The notes beneath the pieces were generated by a model. It worked only from the letters and a program-made list of their open reading frames with translations, was not told where the DNA came from and searched no databases. DNA of 64,000 bases from Styela clava. Lineage: Eukaryota. Position numbers and translations under genes: made by a program. This document shows, piece by piece, positions 39,470-53,800 of this stretch. The stretch is from assembly GCF_964204865.1 (NCBI RefSeq), contig NC_135255.1:2046001-2110000 (forward strand), read 5' to 3'. Numbering within the stretch: position 1 is the first letter of the stretch; each line of letters starts with the position of its first letter.

Positions 39470-40208
39470 AGTGGAAATTTATTTTGTAGGTTTTGATGAA
39501 GTCACTAAAAGACTAAACTCTGAATGGAAGAATTGGATAAAATTTCATCCGCGATTACGTTGCGCGATTGATTTTACTAAAAGGTCGAACCCATGAAGGA
39601 AGAGGTGGATGAAATTTTAACCAGTGTTAGGTTGTATTATTGATGTAATTATATTGGATGAATTGCCGAATAATACCCCGATGAAAAGTGGGATGGTTAA
39701 AGTCACTATAAGACTGAACTCGAAAAGAAAAAAGTGGATAAAATTTTCCCCGACGGCTGGTGGGATGGTTGATTTCGCTAAAACGCTGAACCCAAAAACA
39801 ATGAAGTGGATGAAATTTTGACCGAGGGAAGGAGGGGTGGTTGAAGTCACAAACAGCTGACCCTAAAAGGAAAAGTGAATGAAATTTCGCTCGGGGAAGG
39901 TGGAGTAGTTGAATTCACTAATTGGCTAAACCCCAAAACGAGGTAGTGAATGAAATTTCGAGCAACGGAAGGAGAGGAGGTTGACGTCACTGAAAGGCTG
40001 CGCCCCGAATAGAAGAGGTGGATGAAATTTCTCTCGGAAAAGGTGGGGGAGTTGAAGTCACTACAAAGATGACCACTCAAATAGGAATTGGATGAAATTT
40101 TTCTTGGTGGAATATGGGGTGGATGTAGTCACAGAAAGACTGAACTCAAAAAAAAAGACTTGGATGGAATTTGGTTGCCCCTTTTGCCCCCCTCTAGGCA
40201 CGCCACTG
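39470..40208. repeat. Diverged ~66-75-bp tandem array ending at a hAT-like terminus
   Basis: About 10 units with tggatgaaattt ... gttgaagtcact.. ctgaacyc; the array ends at cccctctaggcacgccactg (reverse complement CAGTGGCGTGCCTAG). Confidence 0.7.
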
Positions 40209-40708
40209 TTTGGAAACCAGTGGCTTTGCAAATTGCGCCAACCACCGATCCAAATTAGAATAGACCATACGTTTTCGATTTGATTCTCTTCATGTAATAT
40301 TTGTGTAATTGAATCTCACAACAACACATAAATACGATTGCACTTAAAAATATAAAAAACAAGCTCATGATAATTTTCCATTTTTTGATATAGACTGACA
40401 GTTTTACCATTTTACAGCACGATTTTTTTTACAGTTAATAATATTTTTATCATGTGTAAAATTCGAGAAAATTGTAGACTTTCATTACGAAGTTTACATA
40501 CGTAAATAAACAGTTTATACCTTGGTTTTGCACTACATCGATTGAAGTTGCTATTTGTTAAATAAAGGTTGAACCCATATTCAACAGTTATCCGTGCAAT
40601 AACTATAAGGGATGAACAACTCTCCTAAAATGTCCCACACCCCACTGCATTCAAGGTGAGACATCAAACTTCCATTCCTAACTTAACCAAGTAATTTGAA
40701 TATATAAA

Positions 40709-41030
40709 ACAGCGTTTCCCAACATTTTTTGGTCGCGGACTATTTTCTCACCAGCGAAAACATTTGCGGACTCAAAGTGCGTTTATTGCAACCGTACTCT
40801 GCGTGAAGAAGCAATAAAACCAAACACAACAGAATTTAACAAATTTCAAAATCGGAAATTCACCGCAATTACGCGTTCGTTAGAAAAAGCCGACTTTTTG
40901 TGTATTATGGCCTTTTCTGTCGCACAATATTCAACCCATGACAACGGCAACAATTTAAAACAGGGGTCGACAAACTGCGGCCCGCGGGCCAACTGCAACT
41001 ATTTTTTTTGCGGCCCGCGAACGTCCCGCC
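40709..41030. mobile_element. Two nested or adjacent hAT/Charlie-like left ends
   Basis: cagcgtttcccaac..ggtcgcggac at ~40709 and caggggtcgacaaactgcggcccgcgggcc at 40961; no matching right ends identified. Confidence 0.45.
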
Positions 41031-41772
41031 TTTAAATGCATAATACAAAAATTGATTATAAATTCATCTTTGTCTCCACATGGATTTGTACGGTAACAAA
41101 TGCAGCTTTACTGCAGCGTCAGTTCTAATTTGTATGTCGTTAAAATGATGTTGGTTGTAATGTTAAAAGTTGTATTAAAAGTGATAAGTCATTACAGAAC
41201 GTATCACTACAATTATGAAATTCGACCCTAGGACGCCACTGCTTCGCGCGACAGTGCAAACGTGTAATGTGCACGTCACATATTGTGCATATTGCTGTGA
41301 ACAGATTTATATGAAATGTATTACACGCACAATAAATTTCGTACTCGTTTATCAAATTGTCATTTTGACTACGTGCTGCGGGGCATAACAAGGTTGTCAT
41401 TTGATGTCAACGCTTTGGCCGTGGCACAGACAAAACATCAAGTAAATAAAGACAATATTGTCACGCCAATAACCGAATTGCGTAAGTCATTTTTAGCAGT
41501 TTTGAGAAAAACGTAAAAAACTTCCTAATGATATTGTTATGCCGTAGTAGTAGGCCCATTGAGAGTCAATAATTTGCCATGGTTCAATTTTTTGATCGTA
41601 GCCGGATTTAAGTTAATTTGTATGACGCAGTTATGTGACGATTTTTTTTTTCATGCTTGTGGTATACAAGATATAATTTTTAAATATCCTGGCATGTCCT
41701 TATAAAAGTCAGAAAAATTAACGCGATTACTGGATCAGCTGTCGACCTCAGAATTAATCAAACGGAACGAAC

Positions 41773-41786
41773 GTTGTCATAGTAAC
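41773..41786 (+). promoter_or_regulatory. RFX X-box, putative promoter element of CFAP276
   Basis: gttgtcatagtaac matches the palindromic X-box GTTGYC-AT-RGYAAC; it lies in unique-looking DNA ~1.66 kb upstream of a motile-cilia gene. Confidence 0.55.
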
Positions 41787-42328
41787 ACGTCGCTGCGATT
41801 CCTCTTGTAAATGGTTTTTGCTTCCTAAAACCAGGTACAGCAAACCAATACCGGTACTGGTACATTTTTTGCTGTAAATACTGCAGTACTGTGTTTAAAA
41901 GCTTTTCATATGGCTGCTAAACTACCATTTAGCCAAATGTGATGAATAATCCAGCCAATGTTAGGCTACTTGTTATTGCATTTGTAGGATTCTGGCATTT
42001 TTGTGCATTCAATGAGTTTAATTAACGTTAGTCAGTTAGTTAGAATCTATAATCGGCATGAATGATAAAAAAATAGCAATATTTAGAACGTCAAAGAACC
42101 TATAATTAGATTTAGAAAATCGCATGGAAAATTTTTGTAGATAACTGTGAAATAGAAGGGATTCTGTGATTGTATTTGCCAAATTTAGAAATTATACATA
42201 ACTTATTCAGATATTGGTACCGGTACTTCAGACGAAAAAGTTTCAAAATCCTCCTACACTACACACAAATATAAAATAAAGGCTTATACATAGAGAAAAA
42301 TATTATTTGAAGTTTACATCGCATAACC

Positions 42329-42671
42329 GCGCGGCGGTGTGGCTCAACGGGCTAAGCGTTAGGAATACGCTCGCCACCGCACCTCTAATTACTCTGCATG
42401 GGTTCGCAGGTTCGAATCCCATGCAGGGATGGTTATGTGCGAGAGGATTGCTGGACTCCTCGCCGTCATTGGGTGGTTCACGTAACCGCTGGTTGGTTAC
42501 TGCTTCCTCCACCACCAAGTCCATGCTTCCGAAAACAAACAATATAACTAATCCCATACCCGACTTGGAGTGGTAACCGGACGAGAGGCCGTGGTTCGCC
42601 ATATGGATAAGCCGTCTTATCGGCTTTCCTCTCCCCCAGGATAAATATGTAAATCCCATCCTATCCTATCC
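42329..42671 (+). mobile_element. Full-length tRNA-derived SINE (family 1)
   Basis: 5' gcgcggcggtgtggctcaacgg (A box), ggttcgaatccc (B box), 3' ggataaatatgtaaatcc(ATCCT)n. Partial copies at ~3655-3800, 16650-16845, 33105-33270, 37760-37900, 53085-53245 and 58860-59090. Confidence 0.9.
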
Positions 42672-43443
42672 TAACCTGTACCTGTATTGTATATTCCTCA
42701 CTCACTTAGCCAATACCATCCACATAAAACAGTAAAAGCAAAAATCAAGCCAGAGCAATCAGTGAACTAAAGCATGCCCATAATATAAGGGTTCTTGATC
42801 TGACTGGTAGACTAACTAATATAGTACAAACAAAATAATTGGACACACTATAGCTTTGCTCTACATGATGATATCTGTTAACAATCTTCAGAGTTTCATC
42901 TCTCTGTTATTCTGCACCCAAAGAAATTAAGAAGACAGGAGGGCAGTATTTTGAATTCTATTTTTATTCACATTTTTTGTTAAGGTGTTTTTCCATGATA
43001 CTTTTATGTTCACTATAATTTACAAAAATTACATGATTTTGAAGTAATGTCATTACGACTGATTGAGTATTCAATCAGACTCAGACATTCATTTTTGTCA
43101 TGTAGAAATCAATAGACGATATAATGCAAGAAATAAATACTGTAAAATACATTATACAGCAAAATAAACACAATTATTGTAGTTGACAGGGGGTCCAGAA
43201 AGACTCGGCAAGTCATCTAGTCATCGACACCTTGTTGATTTTGAATAACAGCAAAATAGTGAAGCAAATATAGCGAAGCAACAACTTAATATGAAACCTT
43301 TGAAACTTGTAAATACACAATCATAAAAATAATATATCATTAACTTAATATTTTTTCTAGTAAAATTGCTAACACTTTTTAATGGTATTTCAACTAATTT
43401 TAAATGCAGTCTGTTTGAGCTTATGATAGTTTTAGTCATAATA

Positions 43444-43944
43444 ATGTCATCACGTAGAAACCCTTTTCCATTTCCTCAACTGCAAAATGATGATGATTTT
43501 GTGGGTCAAAGAGCAACGCAGAAGAGTCCTTTCAGAATTTCTGCATCCGCTGCTCAGCAATCCAATCCTTGGAATCGCTTGAATCATATCAATACTCTTG
43601 CAAGCAGTCGACGAGAAGTTTACCATTCTGATCCACGAGCTCCAAACGACAGTCTTGATTTTGTTTTGAAATCTGGATATGACCATCACAATGAATTTCT
43701 ACGAGGAAACAATGAAACTTTAGTTCAGGGAGAAACCGTAACAACTAACCACGGCAGAGTATTGAAGAATCGTGTTGTTGAAGTTCCACCACCCTTTGAT
43801 CCCTTATACCCACCATTGGCACGAGCGGAAATGTCAAAAAAAGACAGCATTAATTGCGTCGACGGAGCAATACAAAGTCATCATAGTGCTGCAACGAACA
43901 GGGGATATTCACGGCGACACGATGGTGGATTTTATTCAATTTAA
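43444..43944 (+). CDS. CFAP276: Cilia- and flagella-associated protein 276 (C1orf194/DUF3695), intronless CDS, 166 aa
   Basis: MSSRRNPFPFPQLQNDDDF..PWNRLN..TLASSRREVYHSDPRAPNDSLDFVLKSGYDHH..AIQSHHSAATNRGYSRRHDGGFYSI parallels the C1orf194 motifs (RDPF..LDNDD, PWSRLN, DDLDF.L...YNHH, HTAATNGGYSRKKDGGFFST). ATG 43444 is preferred over the TTG-extended ORF call. Confidence 0.85.
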   Translation: MSSRRNPFPFPQLQNDDDFVGQRATQKSPFRISASAAQQSNPWNRLNHINTLASSRREVYHSDPRAPNDSLDFVLKSGYDHHNEFLRGNNETLVQGETVTTNHGRVLKNRVVEVPPPFDPLYPPLARAEMSKKDSINCVDGAIQSHHSAATNRGYSRRHDGGFYSI

Positions 43945-44896
43945 ATGTGAAATCTTTTTTTGTTATAAAAATGATTCAGTATTGCTATTCTTATGTTTAT
44001 TATAATTTCTTTAATAATTGTCTTTTATTGAAGGATAAAAATTTAATCAAAAGAAAAAACCTCAAAAATTTTTTAAACATAAAAGAGTTAATTTCAATTT
44101 AGAATTTGATTGTTTTTGCACTCTTTTATTCAAAAAATGATAATTGAATTTTTGCAAACTGTCAAATTTTTTAGCTGATCAAATTAATTCCTGTATATAT
44201 AAATACTCTTCACTTCCCCACTTTATTTTTAAGCCTTTTTTCACTTATGGAAATATCTATTATTTCAAAAGTTTGTTTAGTTTGTCACAATGTTTATGTA
44301 AACTAATACATTTTAATGTGTAATTTTCATGTCTCATCTCACGTGTGTTATTACTGCTTAATTTAAATTGTGATAAAATCAAATTTTCTAATGAATATAT
44401 ATCAGAGGCACAGTAAACAGTACAGTAAAGCAGCGCTTTTAATATTGATATTGCTGCTTGTCATCAATTTGTAAATTTGGAAAACAATTTTAAATATATT
44501 TCTGATGAAGATATGCCATTTATGTACAGTTCATTATATTTCTTCAACTTCACTGACTTACTTCAACGGCATAATTTGAAATATTGTTTTTAAACAGAAT
44601 TTAAGTTTTTTTTTAAATAATACTAACAATTTTCATTTCTTTCATAGTTAAAAAAAAATATTGGTATCAATAGATTTTGTCTGTGATTAAATTTGTTAGA
44701 TGAATTTAATTTCTTCACTCGCATTTTCATATGTTAACAAAATATAATGATAGAATTTCTTGATATTTTGTTTCGTCAATTCTGAGTTCAATTTGTATTG
44801 TAGAATATTGTATCAACTGTTTTAAATTGATGTTTCTTAGAATCTTAAATCTGTATAAACCTCTAGAATCTATGTGCATATAATCTATTCTAAAAT

Positions 44897-47800
44897 ATGC
44901 CTCAAAGATCTTCCATGAAACCGATTAATCTGGATGAAGAAGAGGAGGAAGAAGAAGATGCTGCTTTTACTGCAGAAGAAGCTCAGATGAGAGCTGCACA
45001 ATTACAAAAAGAATTAGAAGAACAAAATAAATTTGATTGTCTTTGTGACGGTGAGATTTTGGCTATATTGTTACAAGTATGTTCAATATTTTCACCAATC
45101 TTACATTATCCCATTGTCACAATAATGTCATGACACCAATTTTTAAAAATTAAATCACAACTCAAATTATGTTGGTGCATTGCGCTAATTACCGGCATCA
45201 AACACACAGTTTTATTATTTTATGGGATGGTTTTGTTTTTGCTAACAGCCCCTACTTGATTGTTACTGTTTTGACTTTTGGTCTTTACAACATAGACAAA
45301 TATAAAAATTTGAATGAGAAATAGGCTTCAAGTATTGTGATATATATTTGAAACCAGTTTTTGTATGGTCAACATTTATTATTTAATTTTCAACTACATG
45401 TAGTTCAAAGCATGAAGTTACTAGTTTTCATATGATCCAGTTTTCTCCTTTTAATAAATTATAAAATGGTAATTTTATCAGGTGTAAACAGTGCGATATC
45501 ACTGGTTGATTCTGCATTTATTGGATTGCTTGAATTGAAAGATGAACTTGTAATGCATGGTTTACCTCCAAGTCTTCTTGCTTCAGTTATTCTAACAACG
45601 GGAAGAATGTATAGAAGGTGAGATATAAAAAGCATTTCTAATTAACGAAACCCACTCACTAATGTATAAAGTCAGCCAAAACATTTTAAAAAAAAATTTT
45701 GGGGCCATGTTCACAACATGACGTGAGTACTTCTAGTTGGCGAGGCGCACATGTCATTCAAAAATTATGTCACTACAATGTCACAGTAACGTAATAATGC
45801 CCTCACACTATACTAATTGTCATCCAAGACGCGCAGACAATCACCCAAAATCGAACAATCTATTTCTCTCGTTTCCTCGTCGTAACGATCCCGATATGAG
45901 AGAGATCGCTGCCGTTAGTGAGTTCTTCATCGTCGGCCCAGAAGCCATTTCGGGCAGTTGTAGGTACACTTTGGCAAGCTCTTTGATGTGATTGTGAGGT
46001 CGTAGTGTCGTAATCCTTGGATGACGAAGCCAGGTGGGGGTTAGGAATAACTTATGCAAAAATGGTTGTGCCTCGCCAACTAGAAGTACTTACGTTGTTT
46101 AGTGAACATGCGCCTTTTTTCTAATTATGGGCAATTTGTATTCCAGTTGTAATATGTGTCCTACGAAGTATTCTTTTCAACACTAATTGATGCCATTATT
46201 TATTTATTATTAGTATTACTGATCTTCACACACCAATTCGTGAACTCACGAGACTAGTCAATGTATATTCAGTACCATGGGAGCAGAAAAGTGAACAGCT
46301 GAAGAAACTACACACTGGTGAATAAATATAATTTTATTGTTTTAGTTATTTCTAATTGTTTGTCAATGGAAGAGCAATTTTAATCAAATAGCTATTGAAT
46401 ATATGATGATTTGAGATATGTATTTGAAAGGTGGCTAATTGGAATGGCTTGTAGCTGAACTCTTTCCCTTTGTATGTAATAACTGCAGGAATACTGCAAT
46501 TAAAAATAAAAGAATATATTGAACAGTTCAAATGTCTTGTATCATATTTTCAAAATTTCATTCAGTAACATTTCATGTGGCCAAAGTTAGATTTCTTCAC
46601 ACAAGCAGTTTACAACAATGATACTTCAATGAACTTCGTAAATCTTCGATTCAGGACTTTTGAACCTCTTACTTTATTGAAGCATGTACAATCTAGATTC
46701 AACTTACGATTCAGTTTATATTTTTTCGTATGATTTTGATGATTTACGTGCTCCTCCATTTAGCCTCTAAAGCTGACATGGGCAAGCTACGACCCGGGGG
46801 TCAAATCTGGCCTGTTTGGTAACTCAATCTGGCCGGCCTGATGCCTTCACAACCAAACTAAAATCAAATTTTGATGTTCAACTAAAAAATAGCTCAAGGA
46901 ATTTGTTGAGATTGAGATTAAATTTAGTTTTGGCTCATGCTTACTGTTTTCCGCTTTTGCTTTTGTAACACTGTAATTATTGTTTATGAAATGTAAATTT
47001 TTACGTCACACTCACATGGCTCGTCAGTCTAGGTAGGCAAAATTTCTGGCCCCTGGTCCAAAAACCTTGCCCACCCGTGCTCTAAAAAGTCATATTCAAT
47101 ATTTAATCAATTACTACTAAAAATTGTCATAAACAAACAGCTATAATAACAAAATGCCTTAATCATCGAATTATATTTCATCATCTGCCCAGATTATGAG
47201 AGCAAACAGAGACAGCTAAACATAGCGGTACGTAAATTGCAATTAATTGACACTCAAGCCAGGAGGTTAGAAAGAGAAAAAATTATAAACAACTGGGAAA
47301 AAGTTTTTGCCAAGGTGGGCATCCTATTGCTAAACATTCTATTGGTTTAAAATATTTTCATATTGTTGATTGTAGCGCTCATTTCACAAGCAGCCCTTAT
47401 TTTTGTATTATTGCTAATTTGTAGTGAATCTTACTTTGGTCAAAATTCTATAAAAAATAAGTATAGCATTGAGCGTTATTCACACACAAGATATTTGTGA
47501 GGAATTTCTTGTGGTAACTTTTTTATTGAAATTTTGAGAATTTACTGCATTTTATGCTTTCAAGCTTGGAGTCACATCTTCATGTTTCTATGTTGTCACC
47601 ATATGTAAAACAACATTCTTACAGTCATTAAATCTTTTTTCCCAGGTATCAAGTGCAAAAACTCATGGTAGAAGATGGAAATTCATGATTGAAGCATTCA
47701 AGAAAAAAGTCAAGGAGGGGTGAGTAGTATTTATGATTATATTATATTATACTGGATCAGCGATTTTCAAAGTGGGCGTAATTAGGCCTACCCCCCAGAG

Positions 47801-50800
47801 GGTAAAAAAGGTAAGGTCATATTTGTAGTAAAACTTCATTTGTTTGTATGCCAATTGTAGAAGGCTTCGAAAACATGATTCATTCAATTGTGATGTAATA
47901 TTGATGTGCTGGAATCTATTTTGTTAGAAGAGCAAATCTTTCCAGTCATGAGTTGGGCTCGTTGATGAGAAGTCAATTTAGTTCATTCATGGACATTATA
48001 TCATGTCATTTCATTTCTAACAACTTATTTGGTGGAAAAAGGGGTTTTAGATCTGACACTATTGCTATCAAAATAAAGGAATCACATTTCTATTTAAGAT
48101 TTAAGATTGTACCTGACCAAAATAACCCAACATTCCCCAATTCTTTAGTTTTTTTATTTTTATTATATACTTTGACACATTTCAGTATACATTATTAACT
48201 ACCTAATCGGTACAAAAACAAAAGTGCGACTTGTGCACAACACTATCTAAGGATCTATTAAAGTGGAATTATTAAAGTAGTTTTTATGCATAGTGAGAGA
48301 GGAATACCGGTAAATAGTTTTAAAATAGACTAAGGGAGGAAAAACGAAACGAAAAGGGTTAAACTGTCATAACACAAAGCAAAAATTGTCAACTTTCACA
48401 ATATATAGATTACTGCTCAATAAACAAGTCATCTGCTATTTTCAGAGCATTATTCAGTGATATAGAAGTTGATGATGATGACGATGATGATAGTGAAGAG
48501 AGTGAAGGTATAATATATTTGAAGGAGTTATACTTTATATCATTTGTATCACATAAATATAAGCAAGAAATTCCCTATGGCTTTCTCCACCAGAATTCTT
48601 TGCTTATAATTATTTTCTTTTGGAGAATCCTGTTCAGGGTAATCAGGCGAACACAGAAGCATGCGATGGCATTTTATTTTTAAGAAATAATAAGATAAGC
48701 TAAACATTCGGTACTCCCGTAGTATGTGAACCAAGATGGCGGACACTGAAACATAGTATGGTGTACCAGGTTAAGGTTAGGCCATAATTATATTTCAATT
48801 TTCCTTATATGAATTCTATTACGAGTTTGGAGTTTAGCCAGTTGACTCCCGTAGTATTTGTATCCCGATGCTTATATTTCTCAATTATAGTCCAGTTAAT
48901 AGGCTTGATACCAATCCTAATTTTGCAAAATCTGAAGTTGCTTTATCTGGATATATATTTGCAATTTTTAGATAATGCTGTTGACATTGTCAATATATTT
49001 CTTTATTGACCTCACATAATATGTACATAATTATTGCTTATGTCTTATTGCTTAAAGTGCCTGTGGAGTGAATTTCCCACTAAAGACTTCTCTTGCCTGA
49101 AAATTATTTATATATTGCTCTATCAGTATAATCCAAACCGGCTTCCCTTGTTGTGGTTGCTGGGAATTCCCCTTCAGTTACCATGGCTTTGCGGCGTCGT
49201 GCTTGACTGCAATTTCATTTTCGTTACTGTGTTCACCCGCGCATGACGCTGCGAGACAAAACTGACATGTTGAATCGCCGTAAACGTGTCTTTTTGCCTT
49301 ACTCGAAACCAATGTGACAATCAATCACTTTGCTCGATACGATGGATATTTCTTTTTCTCCCATTTAAACATTTCTCTCCCAACTCTCTCGAGTCCATTC
49401 ATAATTTTAAATTTAAACATTTCTCTTTATACTTACTCTCTCGTTTCGATTTACGTTTCCAAATTTTCCTCTGTACGTATTTAAATCTAGCTAAATTATT
49501 TGACGTTTTTTGACGTCATCTGCTGCTGAACTCAGCATTTTTGGTGTCGCTGACACGATGACTTTACAGTCTATCGCGACTCCTCGTTAATTGCAGTTGA
49601 AACATTGTGTATCTGTTTTTTTATTTCTTTTGCCTTGATTTAGTATTGTTTGTGTTACAATGTTTCATGCACGACGAAAATAAATTATCTGAATCTGAAT
49701 CTAACACCTAACCTGGTACATATACGACGTTCCGGTGACCGCCATCTTTGTTCACATACTATGGGAGTACCAAATTTTCAACTTTATTTTAAACTCCGCT
49801 ATGGTACAATGAAGTGGCGACACACAACATAAACAAGCATGATGGGAATTCAGGCAATCGCCAAAACTCAACTAATTATGAGTTTAAACATGCAACATAA
49901 AAGTACAATCAATCCTCCCTCTTGGTATATATGAATTCATGTAACAATATTTTTATGGCCAGATGAAGAAGAACCATCTGAACAAGACGAAGCGGTTGCT
50001 GCGAAACAAAGATTTATGATGTCAGTTATAACTGCTTCTCCACCACAAGAAGAAGAAGAAGATATGGGTTTGCAAAAACTAATTATTGAGTACTGTGTGA
50101 TGTTGATGTTGAAAGGGGATAATTTAAAGTTTCTTTGATGTCGGTATTGTTTTGTTCGAATTGATCATTGAGATACAAACATATGTAAAACAAAACAAAT
50201 CAAACCGAAAAGATACTGTCCTTTCAAAAAATATTATCTTACATATTGTTAGATGTCTGTGGTGCATTTACAGTGTTCGCTTCGGAGTAAAAGGCATGCA
50301 CTCCTTAGTTACCAACAGTGTTATTTTGGATATTTCATTATTCTAAAATTCTGCTCTGCGTTTTGGTTCAATTTCAAATTTTCTGGATTTCTCCTTTGCG
50401 TAGCAAAAATTATGATATATGTCAATACATCATAATACTGCTACTTAATAATTGCATTATTTACAAAACAATTTTAATATATTTAGTTTAAGATTTTTTA
50501 GGCACATACTATGTGCAATTTATGACAAAATTCTTTTTAGGTAGTCAACCACCTGGTTCAGAACTTGGTAGTGAAGCTGATGGAATTCCATCTGAAGTGA
50601 CAGAAAGTAGTGGGAAATCTGAAGATATGTCTCCTGACTTACATAGAAAGGTTATTTTGTATTTTTATGATGAAGAAAGTATGAACATTTTGGTGCTTAA
50701 ATTCAATGGCCAAATAACTTCAAGTTCAATGCAATTCTAGTACTTTTCTTATTCAGTATGTGTCTGATATTATTTTTATAAAGAAGTATAGTGATTTTCA

Positions 50801-53800
50801 CAACTTTCAGTACAAAAGGCAATCAAAGTATATATAAATTTAACTCATGAGTGACCAATCAATAACTAACTCAGTTTATTCAAATGACTATTCTTTCTGA
50901 ACTATGTTGTATGAAAGAATGTGACATAGCACAGTCGTTTAATTTTAGCCGAAACGGCATGGAGTCAGCTTTGGACCTGTTGATGAAGTTGTAAAGGAAG
51001 TTGTTGTTAAACCAGAAATGAAAGATGCGGAAATTTGGACTGATCAGCCAGAATATGAAACTACATTGAATGTGCGTGTATTCAGACCTTTGGAAATGAA
51101 AGGTTTATGATTGGCTAATTGTTTTTATACTGGATGATAATTGAGCTTGACAATTAATGCATAGTGCCAAGAATTAGGAATGTGGTTGTCATCGCACCAC
51201 TGATTACCCTGTTGAGATTTAGGTTTAATATCTACAGGGTTAATCAACCCCTGTTTCCAAAAGGGGGTTTCCTTCTCTGACAAGTCTATGCATTTGGAAC
51301 GAATACCTCGGTAACTATTCTCATGCTTCACACTAACTACTAACTGAACAAGAAGTCATATAATTTAGTCATTCTCTTGGTTGGGTGTACCGAAGATTAT
51401 GGTCCTCTCTGAAACATGGAAAATTTTATCTATCATTTCTATTTGTCTGAAATGCACGTATGAAATCATTGTACAAAAAGATGGTAAAACCTGGGAATAA
51501 AGTAGATAACAGAAAAATGGTTAAGCCGTCTTATCGTCTTTCCTTTTGCATCGAGAAAAATGGGAAATTCTTATCCTCTCTGTCTATTTTTTTTAACATG
51601 CATACCATAACCTGTCATAATTGTCTTCTCATTTTTCAAGATGATGATAATCAAGACATAAGCTGTTCACTGACACTTGGCGACAAAACTTTGAAAACAG
51701 GAACTTTACCTATTCCTACAATAACTGATATTAAATCTACTACTGTACAACCTGAAGTCCTACCTACTATTGGAGAAAAACAAGATTTATTAGAAGGTTA
51801 GTCAGACCGTGAGGAATATTACCCATGTGTTGGTGCTAGCGCTTATTGATGCAAGACTTTTTGATAAAACTGGAATACTGGTTAGCTTTTGTGAATTTGA
51901 TATTCAATATTTATGTTTATAATATTTAGATGCTCTGAAATCTGAATGTTGGGAGTACAACACTGAGATAAAAATTGATTATTTTTATAATTTATACACT
52001 CGGGTGCAGTCAACATCTGGTGCATTGAATTACGTACTGAGAAAACGCTTGTTGTTACTTGCCAAGTCCATGCATCTGAAACGAAAAAGTGTTAACTATT
52101 TCAATAACTAAGATGGACTGGTAACCGAACAATAGGCAATGGGACGACATATGACTAAGTCAAATTGTCAGCTTTAAATATTGAATCTGATCCTATCCTA
52201 GATGGAGGTAGGAACACGAGGGTTTCCAAATTTTTCAGATGACTTGGGCTTGGCTTCTACATCGTATTTCTTCATATTTTAACTTTCGAACAGAAACGCC
52301 AAAACCAAGACCCAAAGCAGGAAGAAGAAAATCAATTGGATTTGCAAAGAGACCAGTCAGTCCACCAGGTCACCAATTCGAAATTTTTTCAGCTTCTGCT
52401 TAATACCTAATATAAAAGAACATTACTTGAATATGCATTCATCATTTTTGTCAAGAAATTTTATTTTGATGTTAAAACTATGCATTAGAAGTGCACTGTC
52501 ATTGTATTGCTGAAAACCTCGCCAATTCAGGTCCCATGGGAAAATAATCACATAGAAAATAAATGCTGCACTCATCATTATAGGATGCTTGATGTAACCG
52601 CATACTCTGTTTCCTTCACGATTTCCAGTTTTGCCATATTTTGACCCATGTCTAGATTAGGCGCTATAGTTGTCTCTATGATCTGATTGTGCATGATCAT
52701 GTATGGGGGGTTAAATATGAAAATCATGCATTACCTTCTCTTTTGATACCTAATATCATTATTATTGTTTTCATGGATTTGCTGGAAATCATCATTGTTA
52801 AGATAAATGTAATTTGCAATTCCCTATCATAGCTCCTTCATCAATGAAATCAAAACCGACAAAACCAAGTAGTATTTTGAAGAAACTAAAATCACCTTCT
52901 GATGAAGAATCTGAAGACGTGGAAGAAAAGAAATCAGAAAACCCAACAGTAGATAAATCATCTTTTAAAGAAGTTTCCTTTCCCCTTCCTGAACATATGA
53001 ATGACTCGGTCAGTTGTGTATTTTTGTGGCTCATGCTTTTCAGTTAGAAACAATTGTTTGTTTTTTTTAGACTTTTTTGTATCTAGGATAAGATGGGATT
53101 GACATATTTATCCTGGGGGAGAGGAAAGCCGATAAGAGTAAGATGGTTTGATCATATGGCGAACCACGGCCTCTCCTTCGGTTACCAGTCTATGTCGAGT
53201 AGGGAATTAGTTAACCAAAGTTAACCAGCGGTTACGTGAACCACTCTTTTCACTAGCCCTGGGAGTTGTTTGATAATAATATTATACAAATACATGGCGA
53301 TTCATACCGGTAACTTGCGACTCCGATTATTAGACGTTCAGGACCCTATACCCAAATATCTTGAATATGAATCGGCATGTATTTTATATTATTGTTATTA
53401 AGCAACTCTCAAGATGTGGGAAAATCAAACTCATATCATTCATGCCATGGCTTGTGACCCGAGAAAATCTGTATATCCATGTTTCTAATGATCAGTGTTT
53501 CTTTTTCTATAAATTGAATTCGTGCAGGTGATACATCTTATGTAATCCATACCTGATCTGGCAATTAGCGTAGACTTGTGGTTTACTGTAAGATCACACT
53601 TGCTCCCTTAGGATAATTATGAAAAATCGTATCTCTATGTTATTCATCCTTTTCTATGTTATATAAGAAGTTGTTTTGATAATTGATAGTTTAGTATATA
53701 ATATATGGAACTCGAACATTAACTATTAAAAGTTTACTTCTTATTTTTTTGTAATTTTTAATCGTATTGTTGTTTGGAGATTCCACTGCATTCTAACATC

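Noticed and set aside
39470-40170. Regularly spaced repeats resembling a CRISPR array
   Set aside because: The whole unit, including would-be spacers, is similar between copies; eukaryotic context; no cas genes.
41140-41400. CxxC-containing ORF as a possible BED-finger transposase remnant
   Set aside because: Too short, with no other recognisable transposase motifs.
42329-42430. Apparent tRNA gene (A box and GGTTCGAATCC)
   Set aside because: No cloverleaf acceptor stem; it continues into a SINE body and tail present in multiple copies.
43366-43443. N-terminal extension of CFAP276 in the ORF track (192 aa)
   Set aside because: It starts at a non-ATG codon and spans intron/acceptor-like sequence; family similarity begins at Met 43444.
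51201-51246. miR-10-like seed (ACCCTGT/ACCCTGTAGAT) in a hairpin
   Set aside because: The hairpin is only ~46 nt, too short for a pre-miRNA; similarity stops after 11 nt; no Hox context.
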